Shown here piece by piece: positions 10,364-20,908 of a DNA stretch of 64,000 bases; the first letter of the stretch is position 1; the number at the start of each line of letters is the position of its first letter. The notes below the pieces were generated by a model. It saw nothing but the letters and a program-made list of their open reading frames with translations. It searched no databases and was not told the DNA's origin. Where the stretch lies: the IMG/VR virus record IMGVR_UViG_3300027608_000011. One strand, 5' to 3'. This DNA comes from a virus. Taxonomy: Duplodnaviria; Heunggongvirae; Uroviricota; Caudoviricetes. Made by a program: the position numbers and the translations under genes.

Positions 10364-10849
10364 ATGGAACAACTACAAACACTTTTTAGTTATATTCCTA
10401 ATTCTATACTTAACTGGTTGTATTGGTTAATTATAGTATTGGGTATTAGTGGTATTTTTGCAGGATGGCTGGGCCGCTGGATTCCTATGTACGGAAAATA
10501 TGTTCAGTATCTAAAACCAATCGGTGTAGTTGTATTAGTGTTGGGTGTTTGGTTACGTGGAGGCTATGACACTGAAATGGCATGGAGAGCTAAAGTAGCC
10601 GCAATGGAAGAGAAAGTTGCTAAGTCAGAAGAACTTAGTAAACAAGCAAATACCGATATACAAGTTAAAGTAGTAACTAAAACAAAGATAGTTAGAGAAC
10701 AAGGTTTAGTTATCAAGCAATACTTGGATAGAGAAGTAGTTAAAGATAGAGAAGTTATTAAATTTGTAGAAAGTTGTCCTATACCTACAAAAATTATCGA
10801 AGTCCATAATGCCGCGGCAACTAATACGCCGGTGGAGGTTAAGAAATGA
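10364..10849 (+). CDS. Putative inner-membrane spanin (Rz-like)
   Basis: N-terminal TM segments followed by a periplasmic coiled coil; Cys near the C-terminus. Confidence 0.6.
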   Translation: MEQLQTLFSYIPNSILNWLYWLIIVLGISGIFAGWLGRWIPMYGKYVQYLKPIGVVVLVLGVWLRGGYDTEMAWRAKVAAMEEKVAKSEELSKQANTDIQVKVVTKTKIVREQGLVIKQYLDREVVKDREVIKFVESCPIPTKIIEVHNAAATNTPVEVKK

Positions 10850-10995
10850 GCGCAATTAAACAACTACAAACTGAACTGGCCAAAGACTTGGTAAAATTCG
10901 AGGAAAGTGATCTCAGTGAAGAACAGTTAGACATGATTGAAAAGACCTATCAGCAGGTATATGATATTCTTGGCGAGGTGGGGAAAGACAAATGA
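10846..10995 (+). CDS. 49-aa acidic hypothetical protein (not in ORF track)
   Basis: MSAIKQLQTELAKDLVKFEESDLSEEQLDMIEKTYQQVYDILGEVGKDK; ATGA overlaps at both ends; GGAGG upstream. Confidence 0.65.
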   Translation: MSAIKQLQTELAKDLVKFEESDLSEEQLDMIEKTYQQVYDILGEVGKDK

Positions 10996-11297
10996 ACGAC
11001 AATCAAAATCGAACTAGTACCATTATTGTTGCAGTATTGTTATTATTAATAATATTGGCTACTTGCACAGGATGTACTACCGTTCCCGTACAAAGATCAT
11101 TTCCTGATGTTCCAAAAGAATTATTGGAAAAATGTCCATATAAGTTAAAAATAGTAACCACTGATCCTACATCAATTGTTGACTTAACTGGAGTTGTTGT
11201 TGAAAACTACACAACGTATTATGAATGTGCAGTTAAACATGATGCATGGGTCGATTGGTATAACACTCAAAAAATTATATTCAATAGCGTAAAGTAA
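10992..11297 (+). CDS. Putative outer-membrane lipoprotein spanin (Rz1-like)
   Basis: Signal peptide, lipobox-like TG-C, Pro-rich segment and a conserved Cys (YYECAVKH). Confidence 0.65.
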   Translation: MNDNQNRTSTIIVAVLLLLIILATCTGCTTVPVQRSFPDVPKELLEKCPYKLKIVTTDPTSIVDLTGVVVENYTTYYECAVKHDAWVDWYNTQKIIFNSVK

Positions 11298-11326
11298 TTG
11301 ACATATAGTATTATGTGTAGTATAAT
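11298..11326 (+). promoter_or_regulatory. sigma70-type promoter
   Basis: Perfect TTGACA-17 nt-TATAAT. Confidence 0.8.
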
Positions 11327-11331
11327 AACAC

Positions 11332-12153
11332 ATGGATTATTATCAAATTCTTGGTCTTAGCCCTGGTGCAAGTGATGATGAAATTAAAAAAGCATATCGC
11401 AAGTTAGCCAGTAAACATCATCCCGACAAAGGAGGAGATACTGCCAAGTTCCAAGAGATTCAAGTAGCATATGATGCATTAACAAATCCAAATACAAACC
11501 AATCACCACAACAGTCTAGTCATCCATTTGAATGGGAAGACCTCCAAAGTGTGTTTTCCCAACATCGAGCACAAACCGGATTTGATCCATTCTCGCATAT
11601 ATTTAAAAACGGCCCGGGCGGCCGTCCAAAGAATCAAGACTTTCATGTTGATATAACTGTTGACTTAGAGCAGTTATTTAATAGTGAAGAAATTACTGTA
11701 AATTTAAGATTACCAAATACTCTTTCACAATCAATTAAACTTCAATTACATCCAGACTATAAACAAGGAACTCGTGTAAGATATCAAGGCTTAGGCAGTA
11801 AAGCAATTGCCCAAACCACAGCTGGGGATTTATATGTGACAATACAAGAACGTCCGCATGTAAAATTTGAACGTGCTGGAATTGATTTAATAACCGAAGA
11901 ACGAATATCTGTATGGAGTGCAATGGCTGGAATGGACTTGCAAGTTGCAACAATAGATAGTAAACTACTAGAAACACGAATACAACCAGGTACACAACCC
12001 GGAACGGTATTAAGATTAAGAGGATATGGCATGTACTATGGTGCTAACAAATTAAGGGGTGATATGTTAGTTAAGTTAAATATAGATATACCTAAACTAA
12101 CACAAACTGACTTAACCAAAACGATTGAGGAATTAAAGGAAACATATGAGTGA
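11332..12153 (+). CDS. dnaJ: DnaJ/CbpA-type co-chaperone (no Zn finger)
   Basis: J domain DYYQILG...HPDKGG, G/F region and DnaJ_C ([19 protein letters not shown]). Confidence 0.93.
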   Translation: MDYYQILGLSPGASDDEIKKAYRKLASKHHPDKGGDTAKFQEIQVAYDALTNPNTNQSPQQSSHPFEWEDLQSVFSQHRAQTGFDPFSHIFKNGPGGRPKNQDFHVDITVDLEQLFNSEEITVNLRLPNTLSQSIKLQLHPDYKQGTRVRYQGLGSKAIAQTTAGDLYVTIQERPHVKFERAGIDLITEERISVWSAMAGMDLQVATIDSKLLETRIQPGTQPGTVLRLRGYGMYYGANKLRGDMLVKLNIDIPKLTQTDLTKTIEELKETYE

Positions 12154-14401
12154 TAAAGATAAAATTAATGAGATGATCGGCCGCGCTTTTGCGTTGGCGT
12201 CTGACAACAAACACGAATATGTAACACTGGAACACGTACTATTTGCATTACTGGAAGACGACGGGGGCAAGGAATTAATAACTACTTTGGGTGGAGATGT
12301 ATCAGCATTACATTCTGAGTTGTTAGTTTTTCTAGGAGAACAAGCAAAGATTGAAATAATCGGCAAACAAAAGCCTAGAAAAACAACAACGCTGGAAAGA
12401 AGTTTCAATAGAGCGTTTACACAAGCATTATTCAATGGAAGAAATTTCATTGGGATAACTGATATTTTGTTAAGTATTCTCAGTGAAAAAAATAGTCATG
12501 CTAGTTATTTCCTTGCCTGTCAGGGAATTACTAAAGAGTCTGTTATTGCATTTTTGCAAAAATCTGCAGAAGAAGAGCAAGAAGAAACTGCCGACCCGAA
12601 TAACAAAGACAAACGTCGCCGCAAAGAAGAAGATAAGTTCCTTGCTAAGTTTTGTAAAAATTTATGTGACGAAGCAGTACTAGGAAAGATTGATGCAGTA
12701 ATCGGCAGGGATCGATTAATTGAAGACCTAACACAAGTTGTTGCCCGTCGTAAAAAGAATAATGTAATCCTAGTGGGCGATCCAGGCGTTGGTAAAACTG
12801 CTATTGCAGAAGGCTTGGCATATAAAATTGCCAATGGCCAAGTGCCTGACATTATAAAAAACAATGAACTATATAGTCTAGATATTGGATCATTACTAGC
12901 AGGAACCAAGTATCGTGGTGACTTCGAAGAACGCTTGAAGAACATTTTAGAAATTTTAGAAAAACGTGATAATGCTATTTTGTTCATTGACGAAATACAT
13001 ATGATTATGGGAGCAGGCTCTGGCGGTGGAGGCAGTGCCGATATGGCTAATCTAATTAAACCTTCACTGAACAATGGAAAAATACGTTGTATAGGTTCAA
13101 CTACCCACGAAGAGTATCGAAAGATATTTGAAAAGGATAGGGCTATGGGCAGACGCTTTTATAAACTAGATGTAGCTGAACCTACTGTAGATCAAGCAAA
13201 AGAAATACTGCAAGGATTAATTGGTAGTTACGAAAACTTCCATGAGTTAAAGTATACTAAAGAAGCACTTAATGCCGCAGTTGATTTAAGTAGCAAATAT
13301 ATGCTAGATAAACAATTGCCGGACAAAGCCATTGACATCATTGATGCGGCCGCGGCGCGACAACGCATTAAGCCAGAATCAAAACGTAAATTAATTATTG
13401 AAGTGTCAGATATCCAGTTTGAAGTAAGTCAGATTACTAAAATTCCATTGGATAGATTAACCACAGTAAATGACAAAGACCCTGGCAAGATTGATTATGA
13501 AGGTAAGCTGAAATCAGTTGTGTATGGACAGGATCATGCAATTGACGAGTTACTAAACAGTTTATATATTGCACAGGCTGGATTAAAAGAACCCAATAAG
13601 CCGCTGGGTAGTTTCTTATTCTTAGGGCCAACAGGTACTGGTAAGACTGAGTTAGCACTACAGCTTAGTAAGAGCATGGGACAACAACTTGTGCGATTTG
13701 ATATGAGCGAATATCAAGAACAACATAAAGTAGCCAGCCTAATAGGTAGCCCGCCGGGTTATGTTGGGTATAGTGATGGTAGTAGCGGTAGCGGTAAACT
13801 TATTAATGAAATTGAAAAAAATCCTAATTGTGTATTGTTACTGGATGAAATTGAAAAAGCGCACCCTAGTGTTATTAACGTATTCTTACAATTAATGGAT
13901 GCTGGCATTGTTACAGGTAGTGACGGCAAAACTGTTAACGGCCGCAATATTGTTTTAATTATGACTAGTAATTTAGGAGCGGCCGATGCCGAAAAGAATT
14001 CCATTGGATTTAGTGGTGGCAAAGTAACTGGGTCAGAAGATAAAGAAATGAAACGTTTCTTTACTCCGGAATTCCGCAATCGTCTAGACGGCATTATTAA
14101 ATTTAATAAGCTAGATAAAACTGTAATTATTAACATTGTTAACAAGTTTATAAATGAAATGAATGGTCAGTTATCCGAAAGAAACTTAAAATTAACATTA
14201 GACAAGCAAGCCCTTACGTGGTTAATTGATAATGGATATAATGAAACAATGGGAGCCCGTCCTTTGAAGCGACTTATTGCAACAGAAATCAAACAACCGC
14301 TTAGTAAGAAGATATTGTTTAGTTCTGATTATAAAAATCTTAATATTAAACTTTGCAGAACAAAAACAGGGTGGGATTTTAAAGAAACTAAGAGAAGATG
14401 A
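12146..14401 (+). CDS. clpA: ClpA-like AAA+ unfoldase
   Basis: Clp_N, two NBDs ([16 protein letters not shown]), [19 protein letters not shown] ClpP-docking loop; no ClpB M-domain. Confidence 0.9.
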   Translation: MSDKDKINEMIGRAFALASDNKHEYVTLEHVLFALLEDDGGKELITTLGGDVSALHSELLVFLGEQAKIEIIGKQKPRKTTTLERSFNRAFTQALFNGRNFIGITDILLSILSEKNSHASYFLACQGITKESVIAFLQKSAEEEQEETADPNNKDKRRRKEEDKFLAKFCKNLCDEAVLGKIDAVIGRDRLIEDLTQVVARRKKNNVILVGDPGVGKTAIAEGLAYKIANGQVPDIIKNNELYSLDIGSLLAGTKYRGDFEERLKNILEILEKRDNAILFIDEIHMIMGAGSGGGGSADMANLIKPSLNNGKIRCIGSTTHEEYRKIFEKDRAMGRRFYKLDVAEPTVDQAKEILQGLIGSYENFHELKYTKEALNAAVDLSSKYMLDKQLPDKAIDIIDAAAARQRIKPESKRKLIIEVSDIQFEVSQITKIPLDRLTTVNDKDPGKIDYEGKLKSVVYGQDHAIDELLNSLYIAQAGLKEPNKPLGSFLFLGPTGTGKTELALQLSKSMGQQLVRFDMSEYQEQHKVASLIGSPPGYVGYSDGSSGSGKLINEIEKNPNCVLLLDEIEKAHPSVINVFLQLMDAGIVTGSDGKTVNGRNIVLIMTSNLGAADAEKNSIGFSGGKVTGSEDKEMKRFFTPEFRNRLDGIIKFNKLDKTVIINIVNKFINEMNGQLSERNLKLTLDKQALTWLIDNGYNETMGARPLKRLIATEIKQPLSKKILFSSDYKNLNIKLCRTKTGWDFKETKRR

Positions 14402-15126
14402 ACGAGTATTATCAAATTAAAGATGAAGTAAGAGTCGTCGATAATTATCAACATTATTTCCTAGAGAAGCCACTATATGGGAACATGTTTTTTAAACTGT
14501 CCTATGATATTTCTTTAAAAGATACTGTTACTAAAATACCCGTTTGGAGGATGGATGCAAAATCTAGAAAAATCGCATGGAAACTGGTACAAGAACTATC
14601 TTGGGAAATTAAAAGATTTGCGGACTTAAATGGGTTTTCGGTACGAACACGAAGCGAAGGATATAGCGTAAATGTTTTTATAGAAACGGTTGAACAGGCA
14701 CGTTTAATAGCAACACAATTTACTGATTGCTTATTTAAAGTATGGGTACCTTATAATACTAAACAAATTATAGGCTTCAATGATTTGATATCTACTCCAT
14801 TGTTCAGGGCCCAACTATTTCTAGCATCCGCTGGGCATCCCGGATACAGGTATAAAACTGAATTACGAGCAACACCGGAAAATAAACTATTAGTTAAACG
14901 ACTGGGCAGTTTCCTTGTTAATATTAGCAAAAAAGACTATGAACTTAGCAAAAATGCAAGAGCGTTACTTAATTCCAAGGGCGATAATCTAAGCTACTGG
15001 AATACTATAACTATGTATTTCAATGATGAAAAAGATTTATTAATGCTAAAGCTAATGTTAGGTGCTGTTGATTTGGTAATATTTAAAGTAATTTTACATA
15101 GAGAACTTTTGGAAACGGATAAATAA
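14398..15126 (+). CDS. Hypothetical protein
   Basis: 242-aa ORF coupled to clpA. Confidence 0.6.
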   Translation: MNEYYQIKDEVRVVDNYQHYFLEKPLYGNMFFKLSYDISLKDTVTKIPVWRMDAKSRKIAWKLVQELSWEIKRFADLNGFSVRTRSEGYSVNVFIETVEQARLIATQFTDCLFKVWVPYNTKQIIGFNDLISTPLFRAQLFLASAGHPGYRYKTELRATPENKLLVKRLGSFLVNISKKDYELSKNARALLNSKGDNLSYWNTITMYFNDEKDLLMLKLMLGAVDLVIFKVILHRELLETDK

Positions 15127-15149
15127 CAGTATAATATAGGACTATTCAC

Positions 15150-15455
15150 ATGTCATTTACTGTAATTACAACTACTCGAAAACCAGCTAATGTTAAGTGG
15201 TGGGCAGATACTGCTCCTCACTCGCATCCGCAATGGGTAGCATTTGTGGCTACATTGCCTGGTATTGTTTCTAGTGTAGCCCGCACTTTGCCTAACAATT
15301 CAAATATCATGCAATCAGAAATGGTGTTTACTAGTCAGGCGGCGGCATTAGCCTACCACGATGCTACGAAAAAACGATTTGAGTGGCAAGCGAGAAGAGC
15401 ATACAATTCGGCTAAGGGAATTACTAGTACAGTAGTACACCGAACTAATCCTTAA
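15150..15455 (+). CDS. Small protein, paralogue of 15482..15775
   Basis: Shared TTT.KPA...W, PG, MVF..QA and W.AR..YN.A.GIT.STVV motifs. Confidence 0.65.
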   Translation: MSFTVITTTRKPANVKWWADTAPHSHPQWVAFVATLPGIVSSVARTLPNNSNIMQSEMVFTSQAAALAYHDATKKRFEWQARRAYNSAKGITSTVVHRTNP

Positions 15456-15481
15456 AATCAGAACATAAACGGAGATATAAA

Positions 15482-15775
15482 ATGGCGACAATTACATTGA
15501 CAACTACAGCTATTAAACCTGCAGACAAGCAATGGTTTAACGTAGCAGAGTCTACAAAAAATACGGCTTATATAGCATGGGCTAGAAGTTTCCCAGGTGT
15601 AACATCTTTTACTGGTAGTGCAGTAGATACAAACACATGGCGTACACAAATGGTATTTGAAAATCAAGCATCGTATGATACATGGCAGGTTTCCCGCTTA
15701 CTCAACGAACATTGGCTTGCAAGAAAAGACTATAACCTAGCCAATGGTATTACCGCAAGTACTGTAGTAGCGTAA
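15482..15775 (+). CDS. Small protein, paralogue of 15150..15455
   Basis: Same motifs; GGAG ribosome-binding site. Confidence 0.65.
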   Translation: MATITLTTTAIKPADKQWFNVAESTKNTAYIAWARSFPGVTSFTGSAVDTNTWRTQMVFENQASYDTWQVSRLLNEHWLARKDYNLANGITASTVVA

Positions 15776-15795
15776 CATTTAAGTTTACTAAGTAG

Positions 15796-15820
15796 AAAGC
15801 CGCAATTGCGGCTTTTTATT
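15796..15820. terminator. Bidirectional intrinsic terminator between convergent genes
   Basis: Perfect 20-bp palindrome AAAGCCGCAA/TTGCGGCTTT followed by a T-tract. Confidence 0.85.
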
Positions 15821-16910
15821 TGAACATGCTATCTGGATTATAATAATCTATAGGATTAAATTTTTCTAGTATCCTAAAGTCACTAGTAACCGCTTCATTT
15901 AAAATTCTATGGTTAAACACAGTATACAAACTGGGACGTTTAACTTTATTTGTAAAATATTCTAATTCTTTATTAAATGCATAGATGCTTTCTTTTGCAG
16001 TATACTTGTAATTCTTCCAATCAGTTATATACCTAACACTTGGATTACTAATACTCCATCGTTGAAAATCGTCAGTTTGATAGAAATGATACATAAATGT
16101 ATTATCCCACGTTTCAGTTATATTATTAATTAATGATGGGAATGCCAATGCATAGACTCTGAAATGTACACATTGCCATTTAAAACAAAAATTATACCAC
16201 CAAAAGAAATCGTTGTTTTTTTCCAGGGTAATATTTGTTTTTACGCTAGACTCTATAACCGCATCTATTAATATATTACTAACTTTTTCATTTTTAATTT
16301 TACTGTTAATATACTTAAAAATCTTATCTCTAGAGAACTGGTCATTAATTTCGTCAGCGCCTATTGAAGTTAGATAAAACTTAATCAAGTCACTACCAAA
16401 CAACTGGTCATTGAATTCCCCGGTTACTAGGATCATCGATCCGTCAAATAACCAAGGAGTCATTTCACTAGTGATTAATTCAAAGTTGGGAATTACATAA
16501 TCTTTATAAAATGCATAATTTTCAAACGATGACTCGGTACTCATTATAACTTTAATTCTAGATTTAAGGTCAGCTAAACTATAATTCCTAAGGAACCCCA
16601 CCATTACCGCGGTGCTATCGATGCCGCCACTCCATAATATACCAATAGGTTTATCAAGCCTTACACTGGCTTCATATATTTCTTTTACCCTCAGATCAAT
16701 ACAATCGTCGTAGGTTAGTGATGTAGTATATAACTCCGGTAATTGACATTTGGGATATATGGATAAATTTACTGGCTGAGTAAAGGTTTCGGTTCGGTCG
16801 CACATACCAACTGCTGTCCCAATCAGCCTATATACATTTTCCCATAACGCTACATCCGGGGTAGGCATAGTTTTAATAGTTAATGGATTAAAATAATATA
16901 ATGCTGTCAT
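15816..16910 (-). CDS. Second stand-alone AsnB-like PP-loop amidoligase
   Basis: WSGGIDST and TGEFNDQLFG; paralogue of 3567..4487. The likely start at 16910 is an ATGA overlap with the upstream gene. Confidence 0.7.
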   Translation of the reverse strand: MTALYYFNPLTIKTMPTPDVALWENVYRLIGTAVGMCDRTETFTQPVNLSIYPKCQLPELYTTSLTYDDCIDLRVKEIYEASVRLDKPIGILWSGGIDSTAVMVGFLRNYSLADLKSRIKVIMSTESSFENYAFYKDYVIPNFELITSEMTPWLFDGSMILVTGEFNDQLFGSDLIKFYLTSIGADEINDQFSRDKIFKYINSKIKNEKVSNILIDAVIESSVKTNITLEKNNDFFWWYNFCFKWQCVHFRVYALAFPSLINNITETWDNTFMYHFYQTDDFQRWSISNPSVRYITDWKNYKYTAKESIYAFNKELEYFTNKVKRPSLYTVFNHRILNEAVTSDFRILEKFNPIDYYNPDSMFK

Positions 16911-17542
16911 ATTAAACTGTTCAACCACAATTCTCTAACCATAGCTTGTCTGGTTAGTTCTATTTCTTCTTTAGTTACACAAGCATTAATTCTATTTTTC
17001 CATTTTTCTTCTAAAGCAGATACTCTAAACTTTGTAATATTGTCTGAGTCAATTCGTAGTTTTAATTCTTTATATGCTAATTCTATAGGTTGTTCCAATG
17101 TACGTGCATATTCTTGGATTAGTATACTGTATTCGCCTGTTACAGGATTACTAGCATCCAATGCCTCCTGGGCCACAACATCAAATGAATCCCATGTATG
17201 TTTAATAGTTCTGGCTAAACTGGCATTGATGTTTGATTCCCAATTCCAAAATGCATCCTGTTTGTATCTGAGTAACTGCTGTTTTTCTTTCCAGCTATCA
17301 GTTACGTTTCCTGATGGTACTTCTACTAGTTCATTTCTATGGTTATTAATCTGGTATACTTTATTAACAAACATATCTCTGTCAGTTATTGTATTGTAAC
17401 TTATACAATTACTAATGGTAACTCCGCGGATCATTGAGTCCCCATCACCCGAAATTAAAGCATTTGCAGTAATTACCCTTGTTGTCCAAGTATAAACGCA
17501 GAAATTTTCCTGGCTTATAATCAAATATTTCATATCATTCAT
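16907..17542 (-). CDS. Hypothetical protein with helical C-terminus, cotranscribed with the AsnB-like gene
   Basis: 211-aa ORF downstream of a minus-strand TAAATA at 17551-17556. Confidence 0.6.
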   Translation of the reverse strand: MNDMKYLIISQENFCVYTWTTRVITANALISGDGDSMIRGVTISNCISYNTITDRDMFVNKVYQINNHRNELVEVPSGNVTDSWKEKQQLLRYKQDAFWNWESNINASLARTIKHTWDSFDVVAQEALDASNPVTGEYSILIQEYARTLEQPIELAYKELKLRIDSDNITKFRVSALEEKWKNRINACVTKEEIELTRQAMVRELWLNSLI

Positions 17543-17619
17543 TATGTGAGTATTTATTCAACATAGTATAATGCTCAGGACGACCTAAAGCAAATAAATA
17601 CAATATACTGGAGAGAGAT

Positions 17620-17787
17620 ATGGCAAAAATACAAGAAGAGCTTATCGTTGTTAAATTAAGTAAACTAGTTAAAGATAGTACAGATGATGGAGAATCGATT
17701 ACGACCCACGATCTTATTGGAAATCTAGAAGCAGTTGTACAAGAATTAGTTGGCAATGGTATAGTAGTAGAAATAATCAAGGGCTAA
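17620..17787 (+). CDS. 55-aa hypothetical protein (not in ORF track)
   Basis: MAKIQEELIVVKLSKLVKD...VEIIKG, with a GGAG ribosome-binding site and TAAATA upstream. Confidence 0.7.
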   Translation: MAKIQEELIVVKLSKLVKDSTDDGESITTHDLIGNLEAVVQELVGNGIVVEIIKG

Positions 17788-17790
17788 AAA

Positions 17791-19329
17791 ATGACAACAA
17801 GAATTGTATCTAGAGGCGACATAGAATTTGATGCCAGTACTGGCAGGCTGATCGCTAATTACGAAATCGCCGACGGGGAGAACAGCCACCTAGTCGCTAC
17901 CACTAAGTGGGTGACAAACGCTGTTAATAATTTAATTGGTGGCGCACCCGGAACACTAGATACACTAAACGAATTGGCCGCGGCCATTGGTGATGACCCG
18001 GACTTTTATACAAATATTACAACAATCGGAGGCAATGCAGTAACTCGATCTGGTGATACAATGACTGGCCCGTTGATTTTATCACGTGATCCAGTTGAAG
18101 CACTAGAAGCCGCAACTCGCCGTTGGACTATTGCACAGTTGGATGCACAAACAACTGATGTTATAGAAGAAGGTTCAACTAACAAATATTATTTAGATGA
18201 CAGGGCACGTGGTGCTATCAGTGTGGCGTTAGATAATACACTAGTCAATCCAGTTGGATATGTTCGTGGCGATGGCGTAATAACCTATAATCCAAGCACA
18301 ACTGTTCTAGTAGAAGGTAATAAGCTATTTTATACAGATACGAGAGCAAGAGCCAGTTTAAGTTACACAACTGGAATTGCTAATTACAACCCTGCTACCG
18401 GACAGATTACAATCCCACGGAATACTTCACAAATCAGTGAAGATCCACAATCAAGTGTTACAAGTGGTACAATGTATTTCACTAATGCTCGCGCTCGTGG
18501 CGCCATTAGTGTACAAGGGCCACTGACTTACGATGCAACGGCTGGAACGGTAGGTGTTCCAGATTCTGGTGTAACAGCTGGATCATATGAATATGCTGAC
18601 ATTACTGTGGATCGATATGGAAATGTATCTAGCGCAGTTAGTTCTAGTAGAATTACAACAACTGGCACTGCACCAAATTTAACAGTTAATTTATTCCCTA
18701 CAGGAACAGGAACAGTAGAATTGCACGGTGACACTAATGTAACTGGAGACTTTTATGCATCTGGCAATATTACAGCCGGCGGAAATATTACACTAGGCGA
18801 TGCTCCTACTGATACTATTACATTAGCGGCTGAAGTTAACAGTGATATATTACCGTTAACCACCGACACTTATAATATTGGTAGTGATACCAATCGTTGG
18901 TCAACCACTTATGCCAAGACAACAATAAACAATAAACAAATGGTTGTTAGCGACATTGATGCCACTGTTAATACTTCCAATTATGTGTTGACCTGCACTA
19001 CTACTGATGCTAGTTCTACCCAGTTAACCATTGTAGGAACTACAAAAATCACTATTCCCACAGAGTCCAGTGCTAGTTTTGAAATTAAGTTTGTGGGTGC
19101 TAATAGCACACAACGTTATGCCAGTATTATTAAAGGATTGGTTATCAATGTCGGTGGAATAACATCACTGGTAGGATCCAATAATAAAGAATTAATAGCA
19201 ACAACTAGTCCAGACTTAAATACTGTGGTAGCATTGTCCGGAAATACGTTGACTATATCAGCAACTGGACTAGCAAGTACTACTATCAAATGGACAGCAT
19301 TTGCCAGTATTACAACAGTAACATTCTAA
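17791..19329 (+). CDS. Tail-fibre-like virion structural protein
   Basis: GAPGTLDTLNELAAAIGDD fibre motif; three internal [YF]x[DN]xRARxx[IL]S repeats; T-rich. Confidence 0.7.
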   Translation: MTTRIVSRGDIEFDASTGRLIANYEIADGENSHLVATTKWVTNAVNNLIGGAPGTLDTLNELAAAIGDDPDFYTNITTIGGNAVTRSGDTMTGPLILSRDPVEALEAATRRWTIAQLDAQTTDVIEEGSTNKYYLDDRARGAISVALDNTLVNPVGYVRGDGVITYNPSTTVLVEGNKLFYTDTRARASLSYTTGIANYNPATGQITIPRNTSQISEDPQSSVTSGTMYFTNARARGAISVQGPLTYDATAGTVGVPDSGVTAGSYEYADITVDRYGNVSSAVSSSRITTTGTAPNLTVNLFPTGTGTVELHGDTNVTGDFYASGNITAGGNITLGDAPTDTITLAAEVNSDILPLTTDTYNIGSDTNRWSTTYAKTTINNKQMVVSDIDATVNTSNYVLTCTTTDASSTQLTIVGTTKITIPTESSASFEIKFVGANSTQRYASIIKGLVINVGGITSLVGSNNKELIATTSPDLNTVVALSGNTLTISATGLASTTIKWTAFASITTVTF

Positions 19330-19330
19330 A

Positions 19331-19657
19331 ATGAACCCTAATAACATAACAATGCCAGTTACTGATGATCAAGAGTTTGATCATTTTATTAGAATAGTAA
19401 CCGACGATGAACTTGATAGTCTTGTTCTTAAAGAATATTTTAAATTGGTATATAAGAGTCCAGTTGGTAAATTAATCGATCAACAAGACGATGGTACAGT
19501 GATGATATATCATACAAGAGATGACGACCATTGCTATGACATTCCGCTAACTACCAATATCAGCAAAATAGATGGAGATATATTATCTAGAAAACTCTTG
19601 ACAATATTTCCGTTTGACTTTAATATAGAAGCTAGTACTGCTAATGCCAATATATGA
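19331..19657 (+). CDS. Hypothetical protein
   Basis: 108-aa ORF. Confidence 0.55.
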   Translation: MNPNNITMPVTDDQEFDHFIRIVTDDELDSLVLKEYFKLVYKSPVGKLIDQQDDGTVMIYHTRDDDHCYDIPLTTNISKIDGDILSRKLLTIFPFDFNIEASTANANI

Positions 19658-19871
19658 AAGCCCTGATGGTGGCCAAACCATTTATGAACGTTTACCAGGC
19701 TCATCAGCTCGCGATTTAATAAAAGACAATCGCACAGTTGATGGCCGTCCACTACACGAACATATTATGGAAAGCAAGATGTGGGGTGAGATTCACCGAA
19801 TGGCTAAAACCAATCCAACTATCAAACATGCTTTGGATGAAGTTATCCTATTATACCAATTATCAAAATAA
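19644..19871 (+). CDS. Hypothetical small phage protein
   Basis: 75-aa ORF MPIYESPDGGQTIYER... Confidence 0.6.
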   Translation: MPIYESPDGGQTIYERLPGSSARDLIKDNRTVDGRPLHEHIMESKMWGEIHRMAKTNPTIKHALDEVILLYQLSK

Positions 19872-19874
19872 TAA

Positions 19875-19903
19875 TTGACATCTAAGCTATTTTTAGCTAT
19901 AAT
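19875..19903 (+). promoter_or_regulatory. sigma70-type promoter
   Basis: Perfect TTGACA-17 nt-TATAAT. Confidence 0.8.
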
Positions 19904-19909
19904 GTTGAT

Positions 19910-20269
19910 ATGCATATTACATCGTCTAGTCCATTAATTCATATTAATACCAGTAGTACCCATACACCATATATTAGTCCTGGCGCCCAGAGTGCTGGTA
20001 TATTAAGATATAACACCGGTACACACAACACGGAAGTGTATGATGGTAATGGTTGGCAACAACTTAGTACGCCAATGACCACTGTCAACGTAGATCCAAC
20101 TCTTGAAGTGGCCGTAAGGTGGGTCATGGATCAGATGCACAAAGAAGCTGAAATTAAGGCGCTGGCTAAAACACATGCCAGCATACAGCATGCCGTAGAC
20201 AATGTAGATCAAGCAAAAAAAGAATTAGAATTAATTTATCAACTAACAAAGGAACATTCAAATGTTTGA
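19910..20269 (+). CDS. Hypothetical protein
   Basis: 119-aa ORF directly after the promoter. Confidence 0.55.
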   Translation: MHITSSSPLIHINTSSTHTPYISPGAQSAGILRYNTGTHNTEVYDGNGWQQLSTPMTTVNVDPTLEVAVRWVMDQMHKEAEIKALAKTHASIQHAVDNVDQAKKELELIYQLTKEHSNV

Positions 20270-20540
20270 AATTGAATTTACCCCAGAAGATACTCTGGAC
20301 CAACGTAACGAGACAATTAAAGATCTTTTGCGAGAGAATCATTGCGAAATTACTTTTACTAAAGTCGACGGCTCTCAGCGTGTTATGCCATGCACTCTTA
20401 GGGAAGGAAGTTATCCCCTAGTAGAAAGTAAAGGCACTAAAAAAGCCAACCCAGAAGTAATGAGTGTATTTTGCACAGACAAGCAAGAATGGCGAAGTTT
20501 TAAAATAATGAATGTTACTCAACTTAAAATTATTGAATAA
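20262..20540 (+). CDS. WYL_2/SH3-like small phage protein
   Basis: ITFTKVDGSQRVMPCTL...DKQEWRSF pattern. Confidence 0.65.
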   Translation: MFEIEFTPEDTLDQRNETIKDLLRENHCEITFTKVDGSQRVMPCTLREGSYPLVESKGTKKANPEVMSVFCTDKQEWRSFKIMNVTQLKIIE

Positions 20541-20908
20541 TGGCCTTTGGATATAACGATAAATTTACTCTAGTAGAAGTACAAGACTTTGCTAGGATTA
20601 GTGGCGATGATCAAGAAATACATATTGTACATGGCGTAGTGCAAGGTGGCTTTATTGTCAGTAAATTGCCACTGTGGCTAGTACGCAGTAAGTTTACGGA
20701 TCAAGAACATTTTAAAGACATTAGGTATGCACTTAGCGCAAAGATGGATTTAAAATTTAGTAAGCCACTTAAAGTTGAAACTCCGTTTATAATAGAGTTT
20801 TCGTGCCAAAATATTACAAAAGCAATTATTACAATTGATTGGCTGTTAAAAACAGAAGAACATAAACATTGCTGGGGTCAATGGAAAGTGGTAACTAAAC
20901 ATGATTAA
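20540..20908 (+). CDS. MaoC-like hotdog-fold dehydratase
   Basis: FARISGDDQEIH...VHG hydratase-2 motif; LKFSKPL. Confidence 0.7.
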   Translation: MAFGYNDKFTLVEVQDFARISGDDQEIHIVHGVVQGGFIVSKLPLWLVRSKFTDQEHFKDIRYALSAKMDLKFSKPLKVETPFIIEFSCQNITKAIITIDWLLKTEEHKHCWGQWKVVTKHD

